Shown: one piece after another, positions 1 to 11,149 of the stretch
Position numbering within the stretch: position 1 is the first letter of the stretch
Layout of the letters: each line of letters starts with the position of its first letter
Assembly: GCA_964651245.1 (NCBI GenBank)
Contig: CAZYVI010000008.1
Span: forward strand, 51,437 to 115,436
Direction of reading: 5' to 3'
From: an uncultured Anaerolineales bacterium
GTDB taxonomy: Bacteria > Chloroflexota > Anaerolineae > Epilineales > Epilineaceae
Length of the DNA: 64,000 nucleotides
The notes under the pieces: model-generated
What the model was told of the DNA's origin: nothing
The model's database searches: none
What the model saw: only the letters and a program-made list of their open reading frames with translations
Translations under genes and position numbers: made by a program

Positions 1-1245
1 GCTGTCGAAGCCGTCGCCCTCGAGCGTGCGCTCGACGTTGAACGCGGCGTCGAGGACGCGGCGCTCGATGCCGCTGGGGAAGGCGTAGGTCGGGTGGGCG
101 CGGCCATCGAGCTCGCTGCGCAGGGCGATCGTCAGCACCGACCGCCCGCCGCGCGGGGCGAAGTCGAGGTCGGCCAGCAGGCCCTGCGGGACGTCGCGGT
201 TGTCGATGCGCTTGACGACGGCGCCGGAGGCGCGGTCGAAGACGTGGAGGGCCGTGCCCGTCACCAGCGGGTTGTCCTCGGGCCGCACCAGGCCGAGCGC
301 CTCGCGCACGTGGATGCTGCCGAGGTTGGGCAGACCCTCGGCCGGCGGCGTATTGTTGCGCTGGCGGTCGCCGTCCCAGTCGGGGATCGTGCGGGTCAGG
401 AACGCCAGACGACTGCCGTCCGCCGACCAGCGGGCCGGACCGACCGACGTGCCGGTCGCGAACTCGCCGGCCAACGGCTGCTTGCCGCCGCTGGCGACGT
501 CGACGAGGGCGAGCACGAACGCCGCCTGCTGGACCGCCTCGGTCCCCAGGACCTGGGCCGGCCAGACGCCGGGCGCACTCGCCGGCAGCGCGTCGCGCAG
601 GCCGCGGGGGGCGAAGGGCGAACCGCCCAGCGTCACCGGGACGCTGGCGGGCATCGAACCGCCGCCGGCGCGCTCGAGGATGAGCGCCTGCTCGAAGTCG
701 GGGCTGAAGCCGCGGATGGACTCGGCCACGTCGGACAGCGCGTCAACCGTCTCCTCGGACCACGTCCCGTCGGCCGCCCGCAGCGTGACGCGGACGATGC
801 TCACCACCGGCGGCATGTCCTCGCCCGGGATCGCCGACCGCAACACCATCGTCACAAGCGTCTCGTCGTCGACCCAGCGCCAGGCGAGGTTCTGCTCGAA
901 CACGTCGGGCGCACCCGGGCCGAGGCCGGGCGGCATCACGTCGAACGGCGTCTGGTCGCCGGTAGCGAGGTCGATGAACACCGGCTCCTGCTGGATGAAC
1001 GCCAGGCTGAGCGTCCCGCCCGGGTTGGGCTCGGTCAAGAAGAACGGCACGTCGATCGTCGTCGCCGTCTCCAGCAAGCTGCGCTCGTCGGGCGACAGCA
1101 GCTCGGGCACGGTGTCGGTCGACGGGTTGAAGTCGACGATCTCGGCGCGGGCAACCCCGGCGCGGGCGACGCCGAGGGCCAGCGCGGCCAGCGCAGCGGC
1201 GCGGGCGAAGCGGGCGAGGCCGGGGTGTGATCGCGGCGGGACCAT
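1..1245 (-). CDS. Secreted S9-family peptidase-like protein, paralogue of the upstream gene (C-terminal part runs off the window edge)
   Basis: Not in the ORF track; translated by hand from ATG at 1245: MVPPRSHPGLARFARAAALAALALGVARAGVARAEIVDFNPSTD... It has a signal peptide and is collinear with the 1246-3636 protein (EIVDFNP vs DVIDFDP; GSIHVREALGLVRPEDNPLV vs GYWNVQENLGRIPPGENRWL). The catalytic domain lies outside the window. Confidence 0.75.
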   Translation of the reverse strand, partial: MVPPRSHPGLARFARAAALAALALGVARAGVARAEIVDFNPSTDTVPELLSPDERSLLETATTIDVPFFLTEPNPGGTLSLAFIQQEPVFIDLATGDQTPFDVMPPGLGPGAPDVFEQNLAWRWVDDETLVTMVLRSAIPGEDMPPVVSIVRVTLRAADGTWSEETVDALSDVAESIRGFSPDFEQALILERAGGGSMPASVPVTLGGSPFAPRGLRDALPASAPGVWPAQVLGTEAVQQAAFVLALVDVASGGKQPLAGEFATGTSVGPARWSADGSRLAFLTRTIPDWDGDRQRNNTPPAEGLPNLGSIHVREALGLVRPEDNPLVTGTALHVFDRASGAVVKRIDNRDVPQGLLADLDFAPRGGRSVLTIALRSELDGRAHPTYAFPSGIERRVLDAAFNVERTLEGDGFDS

Positions 1246-3636
1246 CTAGCGCACCTCCGTGAGCCAGGGCAGCGGCAGGCCGGGCGCGGGTGCGAGGATC
1301 GGCCGCAGGCGGTCGGCGAGGGCGCCGAACAGGGCCGGGCCGGCCGCGCCGGGCAGGTGGGCGCGGAACCACTCGAGCTGCAGCTGGAAGGCGGCGCGCT
1401 GGCCGCGCGGGCCGGCGTTCGGCACGCCCTGGATGCCGCCGATGCCGTGGCCGTAGCCGATGCCGCGGAAGAAGCGGGTCGGCACGCCCTGGAGCTCGAG
1501 CTGGTCGTGGATGTTCGTGATCGACTCGAAGAACAGGAAGTCGCTCGTGCCGTGGAACAGCAGCAGCGGCGTCCGCATCTTGCCGACGTTGTAGGTCGGC
1601 GAGTCGCGGACGAACTCGGCGGGGTCGCCGGTGGGCGAGTTGCCCAGCAGGTACGCCAGGAAGGGCGACCAGCCGAAGTTGTACTCGTACATCATGTCGT
1701 TCAGCGAGCATTGGGCGTTGCTGGCGGCGTAGAAGTCGGGAAACTCGACGATGCTCTGCAGCGAGAAGTAGCCGCCGTACGAGCAGCCCGTGACGCCGAC
1801 CGCCGCCGGGTTGACGTAGCCCTTGGCGATGAGGGCGTCGACGCCCTCCTTCACGTCGCGGATGTCGCGCTGGCCATAGTTGCGGCCATCCGCCATGGCC
1901 GAGTAGAACGCGGCGCCGTTCGAGTTGCGGCCCGAGCCGTTGACGACGAAGACCGGGATGCCGAACGCGGGCAGCAGCGAGTAAGGGCTCTCGACCGACG
2001 TGCCCCAGGTGTTCGTCATCTGGCCGCCGGGCCCGCCGGCCTGCCAGACGACGACCGGCCGGGCCGTCGGCGGTGTCAGCGACCAGGTCTTGGGGTAGAT
2101 GTAGAGCCCCTCGACCGGCACGCCGGCCGAGGTGGTGTAGGAGATCACCTCGTACGCCAGCCCGGAAGCGTCGCGCGGGCCGGCGTTGAGGTCGGTGACG
2201 GTGGTCAGCGTCGACGACGTGATCGGCGCGTTGTCGTTGCCGACGGCGCCGTAGCGCAGCTCGCCGGGATCGGTGACGTCGAGGAACGTGCCGACGAGCG
2301 TGCCGCCGTTGTAGACGACACCCGAGGGGTAGCTGTGGCCGGTGTACACCGGCTGCGCGGCGGCGTCGGGCGCGGCGAGGTCGACGATGTGGAGGTGGCG
2401 GGTCGTGTTCGTCGGGCTGTTGGCGAGCAGGCGCGTGCCGTCGAGCGGGAGGAACGACGTGCCCGCGTCATCGAAGCCGGGCCGCGACCAGAGGCCGAGC
2501 TTGGCTCCCTCCGGCGAGAAGCGCAGGAGGGCCGTGCCGGCGCTGTACTCGTACAGCGGGTGCTGGCGCCCCTCGAGCACGGATGGCAGGCTGCCGGCCA
2601 CCACGAGCGTGCTGCCGTCGGCGGTCCAGAGCGTGTCGCCGAAGAGCAGCTCGGGGTGGTCGACGTTCTCGACCGTCGTGACGGCATCGTCGTCGAGGTC
2701 GCGGATGTGGAGCCGGCGCTGGGTGAGCCAGCGGTTCTCGCCTGGCGGGATGCGGCCGAGGTTCTCCTGGACGTTCCAGTAGCCGGTCGGCATCCCGCCG
2801 CCGCGGTTGGCGCGGCCGTTGATGTTCCGTCCGGCCCACGGCAGGCCGGCCGAGGTGAGCCACGAGACCTGGCGCGTTCCCGGGCGGGCCGCGAACGAGT
2901 TCAGGGCGCCGAGGACGTCGGTGGCCGGGTCGAGCTCGGCCACCGGCGTCACCGTGCCCTCGGGAAGGGTGACGATGACCAGCTTGGGCACGCCGCCCTG
3001 CGCCAAGCCGACGACGACGTCGGGCTGGCCGACGGCGGCGCGCTCGGCGGGCGTGCGGTTGTCGAACGTCGGCGGCGAAAACGTCTCGACCGCGTCGACG
3101 GTGTTGAGGTCGAGGGCCGGGAAGTTGAGCTTGCCGTCGGGGCCGAGGAACAGGGCGGTGCTGAACTGGTAGCGCCCGGTCGGCATCGTCACCGCGGCGC
3201 CGACCGACAGCCCTTCGGCGTCGAGGTTCACCGTCGCCAGCGCGTATTGCGTCGGCTGGCCTTGCTGCTGCGGCGCGGCCACGACGGCGATGCCCTCGCG
3301 GTCGCCGGTCCAGATCGGGCGGCCGAAGAACGACATCGTCAGCATGTCGTAGGGGCGCTTCTCGCCGCTCGTCGTGTCGAGGACGTAGGTGACGTTGCGG
3401 TTGCCCTCGGGGATCGCGACGAGCGCCCGCGCGCCGTCCGGCGTGACACCGAAGGTCGTCGTGCCGCGGGTGCCGGCCCGGATGGCCTCCCAGCGCTGGA
3501 GCTCTTCGGCCGACAGCCGGTCGGCGAACTGCTCCGGCTTGGCGGGATCGAAGTCGATGACGTCGGCGCTGGCGCGTGCTGGCAGCACGGCCGCGCCAAG
3601 CGCCAAGAACACGGCGGTCAGCCACGTCCTGCGCAT
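1246..3636 (-). CDS. Secreted S9 family (prolyl oligopeptidase / acylaminoacyl-peptidase-like) serine peptidase
   Basis: Start MRRTWLTAVFLALG (ATG 3636, GGAGA RBS). Signal peptide and propeller region, followed by an alpha/beta hydrolase with GCSYGG nucleophile, GTSD Asp and YGHG His. Confidence 0.9.
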   Translation of the reverse strand: MRRTWLTAVFLALGAAVLPARASADVIDFDPAKPEQFADRLSAEELQRWEAIRAGTRGTTTFGVTPDGARALVAIPEGNRNVTYVLDTTSGEKRPYDMLTMSFFGRPIWTGDREGIAVVAAPQQQGQPTQYALATVNLDAEGLSVGAAVTMPTGRYQFSTALFLGPDGKLNFPALDLNTVDAVETFSPPTFDNRTPAERAAVGQPDVVVGLAQGGVPKLVIVTLPEGTVTPVAELDPATDVLGALNSFAARPGTRQVSWLTSAGLPWAGRNINGRANRGGGMPTGYWNVQENLGRIPPGENRWLTQRRLHIRDLDDDAVTTVENVDHPELLFGDTLWTADGSTLVVAGSLPSVLEGRQHPLYEYSAGTALLRFSPEGAKLGLWSRPGFDDAGTSFLPLDGTRLLANSPTNTTRHLHIVDLAAPDAAAQPVYTGHSYPSGVVYNGGTLVGTFLDVTDPGELRYGAVGNDNAPITSSTLTTVTDLNAGPRDASGLAYEVISYTTSAGVPVEGLYIYPKTWSLTPPTARPVVVWQAGGPGGQMTNTWGTSVESPYSLLPAFGIPVFVVNGSGRNSNGAAFYSAMADGRNYGQRDIRDVKEGVDALIAKGYVNPAAVGVTGCSYGGYFSLQSIVEFPDFYAASNAQCSLNDMMYEYNFGWSPFLAYLLGNSPTGDPAEFVRDSPTYNVGKMRTPLLLFHGTSDFLFFESITNIHDQLELQGVPTRFFRGIGYGHGIGGIQGVPNAGPRGQRAAFQLQLEWFRAHLPGAAGPALFGALADRLRPILAPAPGLPLPWLTEVR

Positions 3637-3790
3637 CTGGGTGGGTCTCCTGTGGGGTTGAGCGTTCCGGCGGGCAGTGGGTCGGGCGCAACGGGTTGCG
3701 TCCGATCCCTCCGGGCAGAACGGCGATGATGGCACGGACGTGACCCGCCCGCCAAGGGCGCGACGGCGCGGGCGCCGGTCGCCGCCATCG

Positions 3791-7339
<3,549 letters not shown>

Positions 7340-7388
7340 CGTGACCTCGTGGCGCGTCGCGTCGTCGCGCAGGAGTCGCTGGGGACCG

Positions 7389-7673
7389 TCAGCCGCGCCG
7401 CCGCGGCGACGCTTGGAAGACGTCGAGCACCTCCGACAGCACCCGCTCGCGGGCATCGGGGTCCTCGCCGCGGATGGCGGTGACGAGGCAGCTGTTGAGG
7501 TGGTCCTCGAGGATCAGCTCGGTGACCTTGTCGAGCGCCGCCTGGACGGCACGCACCTGCTGGATCACGTCGATGCAGTAGGCGCCCTCGTCGGCCATGC
7601 GGGTGATGCCGCGCACGTGGCCCTCGATGCTCTTCAATCGGCGTTGGATCGTGGCCTTGTTGGCGGGGCTCAT
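7389..7673 (-). CDS. csoR: CsoR/RcnR-family copper-sensing repressor
   Basis: [13 protein letters not shown]...YCIDVIQQV...DHLNSC carries the Cys/His/Cys copper ligands; the gene lies directly upstream of copA. Confidence 0.93.
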   Translation of the reverse strand: MSPANKATIQRRLKSIEGHVRGITRMADEGAYCIDVIQQVRAVQAALDKVTELILEDHLNSCLVTAIRGEDPDARERVLSEVLDVFQASPRRRG

Positions 7674-7710
7674 GGGCGGATCGGCCTCCTCGTCGAATGC
7701 GAACGCGCGC

Positions 7711-8670
7711 TCAGGGGGTCGCCGGCGCCGTGGTCGCCGTGGCGATGGGACCCATGCCGTGCATGTGGTCGTCGGCGTGCGCGCCCGGCGTCATCGCCCC
7801 GCCCATCCCGGGCATCGATCCGCCCATCGGCATCCCGCCGCCCATCGGCATCGTCGGGCTCATCGGCATCGTGCCCGACATCGGCATCGTGCCGCTCATC
7901 GGCATCGACGAGCCCATCATCCCGCGCATCATCTCGCCCATCGCCCCCGCTTCGCCGTGCATGTGGAGCATGCCGCCGGCGCGCATCTCGGCCATCAATC
8001 GCTCGATGTCGGCGCCGGTGCAGCGGCCCATGATCGTCGTGCCCATGCGGTGGCACGGCATGTCGGCCATCTGCGACGTGTCGACGATGACCTGGCCATC
8101 GCCGGCCTCGGCCGAGGCGGTAGTGCCGGCGAACGTGTCGCCCTCGATCGTCATCGGCAGGACCATGCCGGCCTCGGCGTGGCCGCTGACGTGGCACGTC
8201 ATCTCGAACTCGCCCGGCGCCACGAAGATCGCCTTGACCTCGACCGTCGCGCCCGGCAAGAGCGCGTCGGCGCCGATCCGGACGAGCTCGCCGGGATGGG
8301 TGTGGTCCTCGGCCATGTGGGCGCCGGCGCCGATCTGAGCGATCATCGCCGCGGTGTCGCCGCGCGGCATGATCCGCCACTGATGCGCCAACAGGCCGGT
8401 GTTCGTCACGATGAAGCGGTACGGCACGCCGGTCTGGAAGGTCGTCAGCGTCGGCGTGATGGCGTACTCGCCCACGGTGACCTCGACATCGACCGGCTGC
8501 CCGGCGACGGCGGCGACGGGTGCGTTGGGCTCGGTCGCGGTGATGGCGGCAGGCGCGGCGGCGTCATCGACGTCGCCACCCCGGCAGGCGATCAGGCCGG
8601 CGGAGAGCACGACGCTGCCGAGAACCACGGCGACGCGAGCCGGGCTGAAGCGGGTCATCGCGCTGCCCAT
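7711..8670 (-). CDS. Lipoprotein: cupredoxin domain + one Cx10C His/Met repeat + Met-rich tail
   Basis: Lipobox LIAC. Type-1 Cu ligands AHQW...CHVSGHAEAGM, repeat QMADMPCHRMGTTIMGRC, and PMSGTM-type Met repeats. The ATG overlaps the copZ stop (TGATG). Confidence 0.85.
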   Translation of the reverse strand: MGSAMTRFSPARVAVVLGSVVLSAGLIACRGGDVDDAAAPAAITATEPNAPVAAVAGQPVDVEVTVGEYAITPTLTTFQTGVPYRFIVTNTGLLAHQWRIMPRGDTAAMIAQIGAGAHMAEDHTHPGELVRIGADALLPGATVEVKAIFVAPGEFEMTCHVSGHAEAGMVLPMTIEGDTFAGTTASAEAGDGQVIVDTSQMADMPCHRMGTTIMGRCTGADIERLMAEMRAGGMLHMHGEAGAMGEMMRGMMGSSMPMSGTMPMSGTMPMSPTMPMGGGMPMGGSMPGMGGAMTPGAHADDHMHGMGPIATATTAPATP

Positions 8671-8891
8671 CACGCGGCGCTCCCGGCCCGCGGCGGATAG
8701 TCCCACTCCGTCATCGACGCCACGATCTGCTCGACCGTGGCCGGCGGGTCGAACGCGATCGTGACGCGCTTGGCGGCCGGGTCGCCGGTCACGTCGGTGA
8801 CGCCCGGCACGTCGGCGGTGACGACGCGCTTGATCGTGGCGATGCAGTGATCGCAGCTGACGGCGGGGACCTCGAGGGTCACGGACTCCAT
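8670..8891 (-). CDS. copZ: CopZ-like HMA copper chaperone
   Basis: 73 aa with VSCDHC (CxxC) in an HMA-type sequence. Confidence 0.9.
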   Translation of the reverse strand: MESVTLEVPAVSCDHCIATIKRVVTADVPGVTDVTGDPAAKRVTIAFDPPATVEQIVASMTEWDYPPRAGSAA

Positions 8892-8895
8892 AACG

Positions 8896-9174
8896 TCACT
8901 CCTGGGTGGGGTCGGAAGGCAGGGGCGCGGCCCGGTAGCCGGCCCGGTCGATCGCGGCCACGACGGCGTCGACCGTCACGCGCCGCGGGTCGTACACCAC
9001 AAGCGTCTCGCCGCGGGCAAAGGACGTCGACGACTCGGCCACGCCTTCGAGCGACTCGACCGCCAAGTCGACGGTCATGGCGCAGTTGCCGCACGAGAGG
9101 CCGGTCACCGCGAACGTCTGACGGACATGGCCGGCCGGCAACGCCGACGGCGGGCGCTTGAACGAGATCTTCAT
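8896..9174 (-). CDS. Heavy-metal-associated (HMA) domain protein
   Basis: GLSCGNC motif; the start overlaps the stop of the upstream gene. Confidence 0.85.
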   Translation of the reverse strand: MKISFKRPPSALPAGHVRQTFAVTGLSCGNCAMTVDLAVESLEGVAESSTSFARGETLVVYDPRRVTVDAVVAAIDRAGYRAAPLPSDPTQE

Positions 9175-10220
9175 GGCACCACCTCGATCACGCCGTAGTA
9201 CATGCCCATGCTACAGCTGAAGTCGATCTGACCCGGCGCTGCCGCCGGCAGCTCGACCGTGGTCTCGCCGGTCTCGGGCAGCATCGTGACGATGTTGTAG
9301 GCCGGCACGGTGAAGGCGCGGATGCAGCCCTGCGCGCCGTTCGAGACGAGCGTGAGCGTGGTCGGGATGCCGGCCCGGATCGTCAGCCGCGCCGGCTGAT
9401 AGGCGGTGGATGTGACGTCGATTCGCGCCGCTTGGTGGTCGGCCTGCTCCGCCGCGACGGTCGACGCCGACGCCGGCGCGCCCGAGGCCGGCGCCGCCAC
9501 GCTCGGTCGGCCCGCGCGGGCGAGGTCGCCGCGCCAGCCGAGCAGCCGGGCACCGGAGCGCACCGACAGGGCGGCGATCGCCAGGACGACGACGGCCGCG
9601 ACCGGCTTGAAGACGCGGTAGCGCGCGCCGCCCAACCAGGCGCCGCCGACGGCCAGGCCCAGGAACAGCGGCGCCGTGCCGAGGGTGAAGGCCGCCATGA
9701 TCTGCGCCCCGCGCAGCGGCGACTGCGTCCGCGCCGCCAGCAGCTCGACGGCCAGCGTCACGCTGCACGGGATCAAGACCGTCAGGGCGCCCAAGATCGC
9801 CGGCCCCGCCGCGCCACCCTCGCGCGCCCAGTGGCCGATGAACCGCCGGACCGCCCGCGGCGGGCTGGGAGAGAGGCGCCGCAGGGCCGGATGGACGTCG
9901 AACATCTGCAGCACCAGCAGCGCCATGAGCACCCCGACGCCGACGAGCACCCAGCCCTGGAAGCGCGGGCTGAAGACCTGCCCCACCCAACCGAGCCCGG
10001 CGCCGAGCGCCGTGTACGCCGCGGTCTTGGCCGTCAGGAACTGCACCGCCGGCGCCGCCAGGGCGCGCACCGGCGGCCGCTCGCCTTGCCAGCGCGCCGC
10101 CTGCTGGGCCACGGCCGCCGCCAGCAGCCCGCCTTGGACGGCCATGCAACTCAATCCGCCGACCGAGAGGCCGGCCAGGAAGAACAGCCAGAGGCTCGAA
10201 GCCCCGTCGAGATCGGGCAT
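9171..10220 (-). CDS. TauE/SafE (DsbD_2-like) membrane protein with a C-terminal CupA-type cupredoxin domain
   Basis: Start MPDLDG (ATG 10220). Multi-TM region with GGLSCMAVQGG and LIPCSVT; C-terminal GCIRAF...FSCSMGMYYG. Confidence 0.85.
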   Translation of the reverse strand: MPDLDGASSLWLFFLAGLSVGGLSCMAVQGGLLAAAVAQQAARWQGERPPVRALAAPAVQFLTAKTAAYTALGAGLGWVGQVFSPRFQGWVLVGVGVLMALLVLQMFDVHPALRRLSPSPPRAVRRFIGHWAREGGAAGPAILGALTVLIPCSVTLAVELLAARTQSPLRGAQIMAAFTLGTAPLFLGLAVGGAWLGGARYRVFKPVAAVVVLAIAALSVRSGARLLGWRGDLARAGRPSVAAPASGAPASASTVAAEQADHQAARIDVTSTAYQPARLTIRAGIPTTLTLVSNGAQGCIRAFTVPAYNIVTMLPETGETTVELPAAAPGQIDFSCSMGMYYGVIEVVP

Positions 10221-10266
10221 GAGGCGCGGTCCCCTCACCTGCAATGGGTCGTCGCCGACGAAATGG

Positions 10267-10324
10267 TACCCCCCTGGGGGGGGGGATCGCATCCAGCATA
10301 GTCGAGCCTGTCGCCGCGTGTCAA
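10267..10324 (-). promoter_or_regulatory. Sigma70-type promoter (TTGACA-N18-TATGCT) with downstream C/G-tract CsoR-type operator
   Basis: -35 at 10319-10324 and -10 at 10295-10300 (minus strand). TACCCCCCTGGGGGGGGGGAT at 10267-10287 lies just after the predicted +1. Confidence 0.7.
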
Positions 10325-10390
10325 TGCCCAAGGACCTGTATGGCATGAACAGCAGGTTAGAACGCGGCGTCCTCGGCCAGCCCGCACACC

Positions 10391-10446
10391 TTGACGTCGG
10401 GCGTGACCACGCCATACACTAGCGGACACCCCCGGGGGAGGGGGTC
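10391..10446 (+). promoter_or_regulatory. Sigma70-type promoter (TTGACG-N18-TACACT) with downstream C/G-tract operator
   Basis: -35 at 10391-10396, -10 at 10415-10420, then GACACCCCCGGGGGAGGGGGTC at ~10425-10446. Confidence 0.65.
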
Positions 10447-10527
10447 AACCGTTGCGCCTGGCGCTGCCCAGCGACGCAACGCGCCGGCCCGCGGCGCCCT
10501 CCCCTCTCGCACAGGAGCCGTCCATCC

Positions 10528-11115
10528 ATGCTTCCGATCGCCCATGCCCGCCGCCGCACCGCGGTCGCCGCCGCGGCCGTCGCCGTGTCGATCGCCCTGG
10601 GCGCGTGCGGCAGCGCCGAGCCCGCCGAACCGGCCGCCGAAGCCCCCGCCGCCACCGAGGCCGCTCCGATCGCGGCCACCGACGCACCGGCCGCCACGGA
10701 CGCCGCGCCGGCCGCCGACCCGCTGGCGGCCGCCGGTGGCGACGTCTTCGTCGTCGACCACGTCTCGATGGCCGACCAGCCGTGCCATGTCATGGACCAC
10801 ACGATCATGGGCCAGTGCACCGACGACGACATCGTCACGGTCCTCGCCACCACCGATTGGTTGCCGTTCGACGCCGCGCAGATGGCCGACAGCCCGTGTC
10901 ATGTCATGGACGGCACGATGATGGGCCAGTGCAGCGAGGACGACATCGCCCGGCTGCGCGTCTCCCAGGCGATCGTCGTCGACACGGCGCAGATGGCCGA
11001 CAGCCCGTGCCACGTCATGGGCGGCACGATCATGGGCCGCTGCAGCGTCGAGGACGTGGCTCGGCTGGCGGACGAGGTGCGGCAGACGCGCCCGGCGATG
11101 CCGGCCCAGCCCTGA
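10528..11115 (+). CDS. Lipoprotein made almost entirely of three Cx10C His/Met repeats (putative copper-binding protein)
   Basis: Lipobox LGAC, Ala/Pro linker, then three copies of MADxPCHVMxxTxMGxC. Confidence 0.85.
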   Translation: MLPIAHARRRTAVAAAAVAVSIALGACGSAEPAEPAAEAPAATEAAPIAATDAPAATDAAPAADPLAAAGGDVFVVDHVSMADQPCHVMDHTIMGQCTDDDIVTVLATTDWLPFDAAQMADSPCHVMDGTMMGQCSEDDIARLRVSQAIVVDTAQMADSPCHVMGGTIMGRCSVEDVARLADEVRQTRPAMPAQP

Positions 11116-11149
11116 TCGATCGTCGCGCGGATGACGGCGGCGCGGTCGA

